From assembly GCA_030141605.1 (NCBI GenBank), contig JAQGDQ010000168.1:1-64000 (forward strand): a stretch of 64,000 nucleotides of DNA, written 5' to 3'. Origin of the DNA: Tubiluchus corallicola (lineage: Eukaryota > Animalia > Priapulida). The translations under genes were made by a program, and so were the position numbers. This document shows positions 36,576 to 50,900 of this stretch, piece after piece. Each line of letters begins with the position of its first letter. Position 1 is the first letter of the stretch. Under the pieces are notes generated by a model. The model ran no database searches, was not told where the DNA came from, and saw only the letters and a program-made list of their open reading frames with translations.

Positions 36576-39357
36576 ATGGAGAAATCGCGCACTAAAAGTA
36601 AGATATTGTGTAGCGGCTGCAGTTCTTGCGTTAAAGGAACTTATTTGGATAATTTACCATGGGTAGCCGTTAATAGTAGTGGTTGTGACGGTGGTAGTAG
36701 TACATGTAGTCACATTTGTCAAATACGACATTGTCTGATATGAGTACAGACATTACATGTACTTCAAATTCGAACGTACATCAGTTCAAAATTTTACCCA
36801 TACCCAAAATTAACACACGAAGTCAAACATATAAACACATTAAAACTAAAGAAATACCGTAGTTATTTTTCTTCCTACATGTATAATATGTAGTTATATA
36901 ATTATAATTTTTTCCTGCTTTGGGTAGTTATGTAGGACCGTAAATCAATTCACAATAACAATTTTGGAAATCAATAAACCTATGTTGCTGGAGTTGCATT
37001 CACTAAATTCTAGTAGTCAGTTCTGGATGCAGCATTTTGCTTATCTGAATGTATATCATTGATAAATGAATGTCAGACAGGGCAAACATGCTGCTGATTG
37101 AATTTAGAAAGAGTAATATCACGTCTGTATCCTTATGCCAGGTTCACAGAATGTTATAGTTCTATCATTAGCAGAGACATCGAGAACGAGAGATGACAAG
37201 AACGTTGCACAAGTCTAGACCTTAGTCAATGCATAGCTAAAGCAAAGTAGAATAAAATGTTAGTTGTATGATAATTATCATAGTAATTATAATCTGAGTG
37301 ACTTGAATTATATGGCTGTGCCTGTGTAAGCTCTGAAAGGCTTACATCTCAAATCAAATTTTGTTATGATGTTAACCAGCAAGAATACATTATCAATTTA
37401 TTATTATCTACTGCTTGTATTAAATTAAATTCGTTATGTTTTTCATTTTAGGTCAGGGTTCGGTAGCTTCTTCGTATGTTGGCTCCATCACAGCGGCATC
37501 GGGAATATCTGACATAACAGTAGAACATGGTCAAGCTGTTATTTATAGCAAACAGCCTTATATTGTTGGGGTAAGAAGTTAATTAAGCTGAGCTCAGCAA
37601 CTTACTATTAAAACACATCTCTAGTTTTGCTTTTGCTAGAAAATGAAAGCAACTGGCTTATTAATCATGTCTCAATTAGGTCATGCTTGTACTTCATCAA
37701 TTTTAAATGTAAAGATAATGTGATCATTTGCTTGTAATCAATCCTTTGTTAATAATTACCAAAATGTAATGCAAAAATGATTTTTCTTGTTGCGAGTAAC
37801 TGTGTCATTGTATTTCTATTTGTACATTAAATATACAATTATGTACTTGACTAATCAGTCTAAGTACAATTTTATTATTATTTTAGGTATCATTAACTTG
37901 TATTTTCTTTGTTATAGTAGTGTTATATTGTTATCTGGTGCTGGTTTTTTCATATTTTAAGTCGTATAAAGGTATATCTTGTCATTACCTTGAAACAGTC
38001 TTGATTGAGTATATATGTTTACTTTTAATTAATAAAAGATGATTAAATAGATAATTATTTAAATTGTAACTTTTGTAATATTGTATTGTAATAACTGTAG
38101 ATATTTACTTTATCACTATTTAGGAACCCGGCAAAACATTTGTCATCTTGCAGCCAATAAGGAAACCACCGAGTTACCTCACTCTGTCAGTCATCGTCAC
38201 CGCTTTGTGTTTCTTCCCAACTGGAATACTTGCAATTCTTCGATCATTGGAGGTAAGTATAGATAGGTTGTTAATTTGTGGTTTTTATTTTGAATAGTTG
38301 CTGTTGTATCATTTTGGCATGTTTATTGTGGCAGAACATCATTCTTTTCCAGTGTATAGACTTTGCGGATAGATTAAGACAGCAAGTTCAAGTCTATTCT
38401 TGTATGTTATAAACTAATGCGCAATAGGGAACTAATGCATATGCAATTCCACACGTCTGGTAAACATTAGTATGCTGGTACTTTCTATGTCTGAATGTTG
38501 ACTACAGATGGCGCACTCACGATAAAGTAGGGAACTAATGCATATGCAATTGCACACGTCTGGTACACATTTCAATGCTGGTACTTTCTATGTCTGAGTG
38601 TTGACTACAGATGGCACACCCATGAAAAAGTGCATAACATACTCTCTGTAGCATTTTTTATGTGCATTGTTGGCACAAACAACATTCTGGTATCACAGAC
38701 CTCTGACAAAAGGCTAGTAAAGGTCTAAACTGTTAAAAGTGTGATAATTAAGATCCTGTGGGATTAAACTAATTTTGATACTGTTACTGGATGTTTTACC
38801 TGACCGACAAGTAGTCCTGCTAGCAAATCGTATAACTGCCTTACAATTATTTCCCATTTACATTACATTTTGTGCAGTTGTTTCGAATAATTTTTCAAGT
38901 ATTATACTTTCTGTTTGACACTCCTTAAGAAAAGAGTTTGGGTCTGTGTTTATAACTAGTGCAAATGCTGGACTAGGTCAATAGTGGTCTTTATGGAAGA
39001 CCTCTCACTGTCTAATTGGCAGTTTTTCTGACTAATTGGAGGTTACTTCATAATCATGCATAGAATTTGCTCCTGTGCCATCCTTCACTTTCTGTCCAGG
39101 CAACTGCTTTGAAACTGTTGATTTTTTGAAACAGCTAGCTATTCAGTTTTTCTCTCATCTGTAATTATTTTTTATTAAAACAGGTGAAACGACTTGTTGA
39201 GAAAGAGAAGCTCTTACCTGCTCGTGAACAGTCTCTCTGGGCAAAAAGGTTCATCATCATGTCCGTCGGCCTAGGACTCGTCATCTGGTTTGGGGTGATT
39301 TGGTATGTCTGCTGCGAGTACGGAATCAACAGGCATTGGGCAACACCATGGATATAG
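36576..39357 (+). CDS. Dispanin / CD225 (IFITM-PRRT-like) membrane protein 1, 4 exons, ~147 aa
   Basis: Exons 36576-36597, 37452-37570, 38124-38252, 39184-39357 (444 nt); PPSYLTLSVIVTALCFFPTGILAILRS|..AREQSLWAKRFIIMSVGLGLVIW = CD225 two-hydrophobic-segment pattern; absent from the ORF track. Confidence 0.82.
38426..38631. repeat. Tandem duplication, two ~103-bp units
   Basis: agggaactaatgcatatgcaatt..gttgactacagatggc..aaagt repeated twice with a few substitutions. Confidence 0.9.
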
Positions 39358-39699
39358 GAAACCGTTATGACTTTAAGATTACTGTATATTGTTGTATATA
39401 ACTCACCATCTAGATTTTGACATTTTATACATAAAATTTTTATTATTCACCTATTAGCTAGAATGAACAAGTCATGTTAAAATTGTGACTTGTAAACTCA
39501 TTATTATTGGTTTACTATTATTTTTATAAGTGACGAGCTAGATAGTGCAGAATTGTTGCAACTTTCAAAATGTATGACTGCATAATTTCCACATTAATTA
39601 TTATTGAATAAGCATGGAGTGTATTTTATTAACCCATCTATTTTTATTATTTATTTGCTATTGCATTCTTTCCTTTAGGACTGTCCAGTGATAACACCT

Positions 39700-39890
39700 T
39701 AAGTACATATAACTCAGTACTTATTTCCAACCAGTGAGACCGATTGTCATTACCCGCATGTTACTTTAATAAGCCCGCATGCTTGGTCGAAGAACCTGCA
39801 TGCCATTTTCCAAGTCTCTGGTATGACTCGCTCGTGAGTTAAGCTCGTGACTTCCCGTGTCGTAAGCAAGTATGCTACCATGGAGTTATG
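39700..39890 (-). mobile_element. tRNA-derived SINE-like fragment
   Basis: Minus strand reads tggtagcatacttgctt..gggaagtcacgagcttaactc (degenerate A/B boxes), then gtcataccagagacttggaaaatgg, resembling invertebrate tRNA-SINE heads. Confidence 0.55.
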
Positions 39891-41913
39891 TCACCCGGTC
39901 AAGATTTTGTTGCAAGTAAACTTAATTTAATTCATTCCTTTTGGTTTGTATGTGAAGACAAAGTAAATGAAAACAGTAGTGATTGGAGTTATTTTACTTG
40001 GTCTATTCCGTGCTTTTATTTGTCCTTAGTAAAAAAATTGTATTTACATTGTAGTTTTGCATTTTTCATTATAGTTTATGAATTTTTTTTATGTTATTTA
40101 TAATCCCAAAACATAAGATTTTAATAAATGGGGTCCAAATTTTTGTAACAGTGTGATTTTCCATTGACTTTTTTCCAACCTATTTTAACTTGAGTTGCAT
40201 GCCTGTACCATGTTAGGCTGCTTTTGGACCAGCACAATTAGCATCGTTAATTATTTTGCTAGAAAGTCTAGAGATGTATGTTTTGCATAATAGGATTAGA
40301 TTCTGGATTATATTATTTTTATGTTTTTACGAGTAGATAACAAGTATTTTATTTGAAAGTCTTGCATTCGATTTGTATAGTCTTGATAGTACTTTTCTAC
40401 TATATCATGGTGCATCATCATACAGTGAATCTCATTGCTATTATTCATAAGACGTTGGATCATATTGGGAAGCAGTTGGAATTTTTTGCAAATTTTGTGT
40501 ACATGTTCAGGAGAATTCCGTCCTTGTTATTCTAAGATAGGTTAGCTTTAATTAAGAGCAGAGGCTTATTTATTATATTTGTGGAAATTGCAGGCCTACA
40601 GACTACATTTTTTATTATAATAATCATTGCCATTATCTTATTTGATGTCGCGGTCTTATGAATTGTGCAACATTCGATTACACCATTGTTTTACTGTTTT
40701 TGCTAACGTGGAATAAAATAATTTTCGACGGGTTTATGTCGAGCAATTGAATCTTTATTGGATTGACTCTTGTGCAAGTGAATTGTTATTGAATAGAGTT
40801 TAGCAGGAAATAGCAGAAATATTTGCTTGTTTTTATGATCAGCGACGTGAGAAAATCAAAAACGAGAGGAAGGAGCAACACAGGATGCATGTATTTTAAC
40901 ATTAACGGAAACTTTGTGAAAACTGAGAGGGGTTGATAATTTTATTATTCAACCATTTATGATCATTGATGCTTAACATAGGTCAACTGACTGAGAAATG
41001 TTGCTGCTGTATGCTGACCTGGATGTATTTTTTTACTAATTACAATATAGATATGCGTATAATGCTGTTGTTGGTGTTTTGACCTGTTTTTGTTTATGCT
41101 AAAAAGTGGATGTCTACCATTCTTGCTTTATCATAAACAGAACTCTGTAGAAAATTTGTTTGCAGGTGAGACTCTTACATTAGACCAGAAGATCTAAACA
41201 CACAGAAGAAAAAAATAGTGTCTTGACCAAATTATTTTACTGGACAAACTGACTTGACCTTTATGCCCACCAAGGCTCATTAGCAACTTTCTGCCGCAGC
41301 TTCTTCAATTAAGAATCTTCAGTATTATGCATGATAATAATTCAGGTTTAGAATAATATCTATTATAGATTTATCTTAATTGGTACGCAAATTAAACGTG
41401 TAATCTGCTGGGCTGTAGGCTAGATATGGACCTACTGACTTTTAAACGATATCAAGATTAATGCTGCAGCATAAGCTTCGTAAATCAGATCGCACAACGA
41501 TTTAACGGTTTCTATGTGGTTCAACTCAGATAGCTAAACTAGCGTGTGTAGCATATGAAGAACACTTGATTCATTTCCTTTAATCAAACCTAGCCAGTAA
41601 ACCGGCACGCACGGATCATTCCACGCTTCAAAAATAGAACTATTATGGTCGTGGAATTCAGTATACAGTGGGCTTCACACGAAACTAACGTACAGGCGCT
41701 GGCATCTGCAATGCGGTCTTTCTGCAACCTTCTTGCCTAGACGTGAAGGCAGTAGCGAGCAATTGGAGACTGGCTTAGCTCAGTCAACTCTGACTGGAAT
41801 TGGTCTAAACGGTACCTGGAACGATGCAAGCAATACTTGTGAGATAACTTGGACGAGATTAATTATTTTTAGTGAATTAACTGGACTAATTAGAGGATTA
41901 ATTATCGAAGAAA

Positions 41914-44900
41914 ATGTCAGGTAGGTTTCCATACACTATTGGGTGCTACTGTTTATAGTTTTGAATGGATAAAGGTTACTCCGAGCCTTCGATCATCTTC
42001 ATATTCCAAACTAGGACGGCTGCTGCGTACCACAACGTCTCAAGTTTCACAGGAAAAAAAATTGATTTGAAATCTGTGCGGTTAACAGATTATAAAGAAA
42101 TTGCATGAATAGTACGCCCGTTGTTAGGTGTGCGTGATTCTTTTTATTATTTATTTAGCAGACAGCCTGTAAATTCATATAGAATTTTACTGATACAATA
42201 AGTAAATAGGTTGACGAGATATAACAAATCTTGGCCTTGCAAACTGGTTTGTTTATTGTGTTACAACTCTTTCTAAAGTTGTTTGTTCATATTCGAGAAA
42301 GGCAAGCACCAGGAAGACTCTGCAGGCAGGCGCCTAAACAGTTTTCCCGGCGTCTTATGTAAGGAAGTTTTTACTAAAAATTTATTTCCTTAATAAACTA
42401 CAACCTCAACCGCTCTAAAAAAAACATCAACAGACACCACAGAGTTGAGAGTTATGTAGGATCTTTATTCTATAATAGATACCGCCGATCACAAACAAAT
42501 TAGCTATAAGAATTGTGTGTATCGAACCTGTATTCATATTCTTGTAACTCCTTACACTGAGTCATAAGTAGCCTTTTCTATAAAAAAATGCTGCATGTTT
42601 TGTAATGTCAAAGTTGTTTATCACGAATGCTTTTGCTCAAGTTTTGAATTATACTGAGCAAACTGATCGCTTACAGATTCACATCGTCAGCAACAAGTTA
42701 TTTATTTCATGTTAAATCTGGACTCGAGTTTTGGGGATATATATTTAGTGCAAATCGGGTATCAAATTAGTTAAAGGAAGACAGGACAATTTTTATATAC
42801 TACCCTACATTTTCCAGTCCGCTAAAAGTATATATTTTAAAACAGTTAATATTGCAAAAGCGTTTCTGATAATTAAATAATAGGTTAAAAACTTAATTCA
42901 CGGCGGACGAGCCCAACTATTGATGACATCGCAAACTAACATAATTTTCAACCGCAAACATATCCCATGAACGTGTTGCTCGTGTTTGCGAAAGCGAAAA
43001 TTGAAGTACAGTGCTACTCAATTCAGTGCCTTGTACTAGGCAAGTTTTAAGATAAAAATTCAATTTTCAAATTTACCGCTGTGCTCACGCATGAGCTATC
43101 GAACGTGTGTAATTCGACGCAAACTAACACATCTGAACTGAGAGGTACAGCACTTATTTTTTGTGCAATGCGTTTCCGAAACGCAGGTGTAGTACCCATC
43201 TAACTAGCGAATGGCGAAATGCATGTAACAGCGAAGAATTAGTGGCGCGAACGTGAAATTGTGTTTGTTTGGTAGTAATTCTTTCACGTAAGTCATTTTT
43301 GAAAAAACAGTATGTTTGCTTTCAATATTTTAATAGATTGATTTGACCTACAGTTTACGATTGGGTCCGGTTTTGCTTTAATGTTCACTGGAATTTCGCA
43401 CTAGAACGAAATAATTGTTCAATGCTTCCTCTTAATATGTTTTTCAGATGACTAAAGGCTACTATTGATTTAATGAGTGGAACTTGGAAACTTAATTTCG
43501 AAATCATCTACATATGATACGCGCAATAAAAAGCGTAAAAATTGGATTAGGAGCAATGACAGCATTTAAAGTGAAAAAGTCGGGTGCTAAAATGTTTTAG
43601 AAACTACAGTAGAAGTATAACAGTGAAACCGCAAGTGTAAAATTGCAATAATAGACTGCAAATCGTACGTGACTGCACGATTAATTTCACAATTTAATAC
43701 GAGTGTATCATTACTACAAGCGACAAATAACTATAATGAATACGTGTGCGGTAACTGATGACTTTGACATTGGAAACTGACGAACTGTTCATATTTTGGC
43801 ATTGTGAATGAGCTAATGATTCGGCAAAATGTTCGTTTATAATGATTTGGCATTAATATGCACGAAATGCTAACGACCCGATTAAGAGTTCGACTCGGTG
43901 CTTGTTGCAATTTATTGGATAAACTGCAAAAATAACATCAGTTACCACAGTAAATTTATCTATACTGTGTGCAAATTCCTCAAAGTTTCTTGAGTTCTGG
44001 TAGCACCCATTTTTAGTAGTTGATCTAGGGGATTTTATTCTGGGATACTTTGCTCTCTGTAGCATCTATATTTTAATACTTTTAAAGTGCACAAGCATTT
44101 GTTTTATTAATATCTAAATTTGATTGAACTATGTACTAAGAAAACTTGCATTTCATTCTTCTTAAGTACGTGTAACCATTATAACTACTTGTCTTTACTA
44201 ATTACACGAGTCGTTTGTCACAGAAAATAGGTTCAACTTCCCGAAAGACTTGGTCTTTCCAAAATTTAAGCAAAAATACTGTCAGTGACACACTGTCAGT
44301 CATCGTTCTTCGTGTATAACGCGCGTTGACTGAATATAATGTCTAATGAAACTTCATCGCACTTCATCGTTTGAGAAGGCAATTGAATGCGGAATTCTTT
44401 ATTGACGTTTTTATGATTCGTTGCAGTCCTTCATAGTTGCCGTTCGTTTTATCCTTACAGCGTAATTTTATTTTTGCAATATTTGCGATATCATGTGCTA
44501 CACTAGATTGACTAGACTCCAGAGTCCCTGAAATGAGTGAATACTGAAATACACTAAAATACCTAATGTTATTTGCCATTGTTGCTGGCAGATTTGTAAC
44601 AGTGCGAGAGGGAGAATTTTAATTTCGAGACGCTAAACAAAGACATTAATTTCTTCACTGCAATACAAGATTCATCAAGCATGACAAAAGCGAAATAGCA
44701 ATAAAAGTGTTCATTATCATAATAATTTTCACAGCATATTTTATTTTATTTTATTCACACCCAACAGTAAAATACAGTCTACAATAAAAACAATATATAT
44801 AAAACATGTTAGCAAAAAACATACAAATAAAATATTTACAAGTGTGGTAAAGACACAAGGAGATTAACTGCTTACATGTGTCTATTGTGTATAAGGAATT

Positions 44901-47900
44901 TATGCATGTTAACTCTATATAAGCGGCTTTTAAATAACTTAAATAACACCCTTGTGCAGTTACGAGCGTTGCACCATCAACATATGCAAGCAATGAGTTC
45001 CAAATCGGTACAACTCGATTTGAGCAAAATTGACCAAATGATACTTTAGTTGTTCTACGCACGAAAAGCTTCAGAGGATGATTTTGCCTTGTTCTATTTC
45101 AAGATACACGGGTAAAAATGTGTTAAAATCAACATCAACTTCTCTATGAATAATTTGGTAGCATAATGCTAAATCCTTTTGAATGGATCGCTCCTCTAAA
45201 GACTTTAGATGTAGAATCTCCAGACGCTTAGGATATGGCATATACATTAAATTACATCTATAAAACAGGCGTCGAGTAAAGTATCGCTGTACACTTTCTA
45301 TACGGTCAACATTACCAAATATGGATTCCAAACTGGCGAGCAATATTCTACAATAAGTGTTATGTAAACTATGAACGAATTTTACAATTTATTTAGCATC
45401 AGTAGAAAACATTCTAAACAACATATTTGAAATTCTTTTGGCTTTAGTAGCTACCTCAATGTATTGGTTTGTCCATTTCTGGTCATGAGAAATTATAACA
45501 CCAAGATCATTCACACTTGTTTCGACAGGTGAATAAGAGTCAGAAAAGTGATATTCATGGCCCGGATTAGCATTTCCAATATGTGTAACATTACATTTCG
45601 GTATGGCTATAACTGGTTGCCACTCATTAGCCCCTAAGTTAATTGCACTCAGGGCTGATTGAAGATCACTATTTTGATCACTTGACCAAAAACTTTGATT
45701 GAGTTTTACATCATCTGCAAATAACTTTACTGTTACCAGCATCAATGGCATCAGGTAAATCATTAATAAACATAAAAACAAAAGCGGTCCAAGAACACTT
45801 CTCTGGGGCACACCAGATGTTAAGTATACATATTCAGATACATTATTACCTGCATGTAATTTCAAAATTAGTTTGGGATGGGAAACAGTGTCGAACGCTT
45901 TTTTAAAATCGATATATATAAATATATACCTATAGAGCATCTACTACAATGCCATTATCTATAGCTAAACCAGTGTCATATAAAAATTCGAATGACTGAG
46001 TTGTAGTGGATCGTTTAGCTAAGAAGCCGTGTTGCTCTTTTGACAATAAACCTTTACATTTTAAAAAGTAAAGCATACTGTCAACAGTACACATCTCCAT
46101 TAATTTACAGCTTGCACGTGTAAATGATACTGGCCTGTAATTATTCGGGTCTTATGAATAGGTATCTCCCCTCTTACGAACAGGTGTAACTTCAGCCACA
46201 TTCCACACATCAGATAATGCGCCATCTATAAACGACTTTTGAAAGATATAAGACACTGGAACACATACATTATACTTCATTTTTTTAAAATATCGCTGGT
46301 GGCTGTCAGGAGCTTTACTTTGCTTGAGTTTCAGTTTACGTATCATTTTTATAATTACAGCAGGCGAGAAATCAACAAATGACAAGCCTTCATTATCTGG
46401 TACCTTACTTTCAATAGCAGGACAAATTTCATTTTCCTTAACAAAATGGGATTTAAAGCATTTATTTAGAAAATTGGCTTTAGCTTTATCATCTGTAATA
46501 ACAGAACCAGTGTCTTCCTTTAAAGGGATACTCCATTATGAATACACCGTTTCTTTCTGAGGTAATTAAAAAGGCTGTTGAGATCACCTTTGTTCCTGCG
46601 ATGACGATGCGTCTTTTGAGAATTTGTCGGTACGTTATTGTTACGTTAGAAATCTCGCTTGTAATCTCGACTTTTGTTGAATAGGCTAATCATGATATTT
46701 TTGCTATGTGTGAAACGCGATTAAATGATAGTATTACAAGCAGTATTCTCACTAACTTGAGAAATCACCGTTTTCAGGAAAGATAGGAAAACACTGGGTG
46801 GGGGTGTTTTATTTATGGTAACGTCATTGTTATAAGTAGCTGAAGTAAAATTACCTGCTGCTTACAAAGTTACAAACACTTGGAAATTTTGGCCATTGAT
46901 GTGTTTAGTCAACGCCCTTCCCGCTACGTATTATTGTGTCCATCTAACGCCAATCTTGAAATGTCGAAATTGTTATTTGAATGTATGTCGGTCTTATCAA
47001 ATGTTGATCGCCCTGTGGTGTTTTTGGGTGATTTTAATCTTCCAGATTTTGAATGGGACCCGCTTGTAGTTTTTCCCTGAGAATCGCCTTTGTATAATTC
47101 TTTTACTGGTACGATTACTGAGTGAGGATTAGAACAATTAGTCAAATTTTATACAAGAATTGATAAGCACTCAGGCCGTAAAAGTATCTTGACTTAGTCT
47201 TATGTACTGATGTAGGGTTTGTGTATAACCTCAATATTTGTGAGCCTGTTCTGACAACTGATCATTTTGTGATAAATTTCTATTGTCAAGTTCCAATCAC
47301 TAAAAGTAAGTAAAATGTTACTAGCCCAGTCGTCTTTGATTATGACAAAGCTAATAGGGAGGCTCTATCAAATGCATTATTGCGTTTTAACTCTCTTTCT
47401 CGATTGTACTGCAGTGCATGAAATTTGGAACAATTTTTATGAATGGCGTTATGACTAGTATTCAAACTCACGTACCTACCAAATGCTTTTTTAAACCAAA
47501 ATGCAACACCAACAAAGTTCATTATCACCCTTGTGTGCGCAGATTGTTATTACGAAAGCTAAGAATTTACAAAATAAGGCGAAAACAAGATTCGGAGAAT
47601 CTAAAAAAATGAGTATGACGTTGCAAATGAAGAATTCAAAAGAGTAACTAAAAGACTATGTAAAAATCGTGATAGCCGTGTAATTGTTTACCACAAGACT
47701 GTATCTCTGTTAAATGCAATATCGCCGGCTTTACGATGACATACCTCCTTTCACGCTGACACTAGCAAATTAGTTGCAAGAACTAAGGGGATATATTTTC
47801 GCCTCCCCACGGTAGCGTTCTCCCTGAGTGGCCTCCGGCTTATTTTAGGGCAATTTGTAAAGTGTCGACTGTATAAAAAGTTTTTTCCTTTGTTGGGTTG

Positions 47901-50900
47901 TCATATTTTACAATATTTCTTACAACATTTTCTAATACTGTGTTATTATCACAGGCCGTGCAACTCCACCAGGGACGTATCAAAATCGACCAGTGCCACA
48001 TCATCCTCCACCGCAACAGACGCAGAAAGCATTCAGCTCTTCACAAGAGCACAGTCATTCTTATGCATACTCCTATGGGGATGACGGACACCGAATGATT
48101 CATGGACAGATGAATCGACCTATTAGCGACAGCCGGCAGCAGTATGATAACATCCCTCCGCCCGCGTACCTGAGGGAAGGTCGACCAGAAAGACCTCACG
48201 ACTTCCCGAGCGATTTGGATCATCCGCAAGGACGTCAGAGGCTTGGTCCTCCGCAAGTTTATCCGTTCGAGAACATTCGGACTGCCACAAACTTTATGCA
48301 CAGACCAGGAATAGAAAGAGATGTTCCCCTGCGTGCACAGCCATATTATACAGAAGGTTTTACCGAACAACAGGTGCGCTATCAACAAGGTCCTCCACAG
48401 ACTCATATTACTCAACCAACAATAAATCCCATGTATCGCAGACTAGATGAAAGTCCCCACATGCCATTGCAGTCACAAAGCAGGTATCAAGATTCAGAGA
48501 CATCAGTTCAGTACAGAACACAAGCTGGGCCCGAAATCTCTGGTGACAGAACAGGGGGTCATAGATTTCAAAGTGGGGAACCATTAAGGTCTGGTGCACA
48601 GCGTGATAGGCTAGAAATGGGGCAGAGACATGAAACTACAGAGGCAGTGGGCCCTAGAGGCCCAAGTGACAGATCAGAAACAGGACACAGGTATCAATCT
48701 GAACAATCTGCTTTTCACAGATCACAAATGGATCGACAAACGGGCATATCAGAAAGACCAGACATGAATAGACATTATAGAGGTCCAGGGCTTCAGCCTT
48801 ACGGTGACCGATTTGCGGATTTTCAACAGCGACCCTTAGACAAACGATCACGAGAGCAACATGGCCAGCAGTACGACGGACAATCTGCTGTTGGACGTCA
48901 AGGTGGACTTGGTGACACCCCTTTGGAAATGCCAAGAGACCATATGCGAGGTGCTCCCCAAGAAGTGCCACCACAGTCTCGGTTTCCTCAGCAGCAGAGT
49001 GCAGATAGCAGAAATCTAGGCCGTGGTCAAAGCAATCAAGACCCAGCAAACTACAGACCAGAACACCAAGGTGTTAGACTAGTAGATGAGAAACCGCACA
49101 AGATGAGCCCGTTTTTCACGACACAACAGGTGTGAAAAATTATTAAAAATGTAACAATAGAGTGTAAAGAGTGGTAAAAGCAATGTAAAATACGGAGTAC
49201 CAAGTGATAATAATGTGGAGCAGAATGAAGTAAACTTTGATAATCAGGAATAAATAAGGGATTCCTATGTATACACGGCCATATCGTACATGTACAGAAG
49301 GTCTGAGCAAACAAGTATACTATCAACAAAGTCCTCCGGATGGAGTTTATAAGCGATGTAAGAATGCGAGTTTATCTGAGTCTTAGGATAAAAAAGCAAT
49401 TTGCAAAGCTCTGTATATTAGGCAGGTCTTGAATGTTGTATATGCCAAACTGAGATACACTGAAGTCGTGATATTAAAAGAATGGAGACAATTAAGTTGG
49501 AAAGAGTTAACTAATTAAAAAATGCATGTTCAAAGGCAATATTTACCAGAGAACCGTAAAGAAGAGGAGAGGAAAAATCAGGAAAAGAGGAAGCAGTGAA
49601 TAGTAAACTGTGTGAATATGGTTTACAATTACCCGAGTTTTATTATTATCTTTTTTACAGCCTCAGACACACAGCCAGCCGGTTGTGCATCAGGTGAAGA
49701 AAGGTCCACCAGCATATCAGATTCCTGCCATATTGTCTTGCGTCTGTTGTCCTTGCTGGTGTTTGGGTGCAGCTGCAATCTGGTTTTCAATGAAAGTACG
49801 TACATTATTTACAGATTAATGACTGTACAACGTTAAAATTTATTCAATCTGACAAAATAACTCAGGACAAACTATCTAGAAACACTGTCAGAAAGCTGAA
49901 AAGCTGAAATTGTTATTTTTGTTATATTCCAATTATATAAGATAAACACGAATATATAAGTTATTTCTGTTCTTCAAACAAATATACATATATAAGCGTG
50001 TAGTCGTACACGTAAAAGAACCTTGGTCCAGGATTTGTGTATTTAAATACAAATTAGGATCATGGGTAGAAAAAACGACAGATGCGCTGAGACACTAAAA
50101 GAAAATATTAGGCACAATACATTAAACTGTATACACAAAGACGTATTCTGCACGCGGCTTATTTAAGCAAATTTCAGTTACGATTGTAAAAGTGTTTTCA
50201 TTGCAGTAAAATTTACAATTTCAAAACAGGTGTCTGCTACCATGACATCACTTTTGCCAATCATATCGTATAGTGATAAGTGCCATTAACACATTTAGTG
50301 CCTCTGTCGCTAAATTTTTACATGTTTTAATATTTGGGTTATTGTTAAATTTTTTCATATCTTACGTAAACGGAATTTATTATCAGTCGATACAGAGCAA
50401 TAGCATTTTATTCCAAGTACAGAAATAACAGATGTCACTACTCGTTTCATTTGTGATATTCTAGTTCCAGTTATATTAAGGGAGTCATTCTTGCTGACGC
50501 TTAAGCGAAAAATGAATAACATCTTTTTTTAAATGTGGGTTTTGAAAGACGTGTTTTTAGGGACTAAATTTCTGTTTCTTCGTTTGATTCTGTGGATTGA
50601 AAGCCAATGTAAGTAGGACGACAAACTGAGAGCAGATGGAATTTCGGAAAACACGTATCTAGTGTAACCTGAATAAATGTTATTGCATTTTAAGTATAGC
50701 GAGGATGAAGCGGCCTTCGTGAAATTGTGATTAGGGAGATTTTGCTTAGACGAAAATACTTAACAACAGAAGTTAGTAACGTCGAACCTAGTCAGGAAAT
50801 GGATGGGTGACTGCCGAGTTTAACACCAATTCTGGGCCTTTCAATTCGCCATACTAATTCTGGCTATTTTCCCATTGAATAACGTGGCTAAGTCAGTTCT

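Noticed and set aside
37887-37971. AG..GT-bounded hydrophobic segment as an extra dispanin exon
   Set aside because: 85 nt, would shift the frame; hydrophobicity is explained by T-richness
43853-44579. Short minus-strand ORFs in dispanin-2 intron 1
   Set aside because: No motifs or splice consistency recognised
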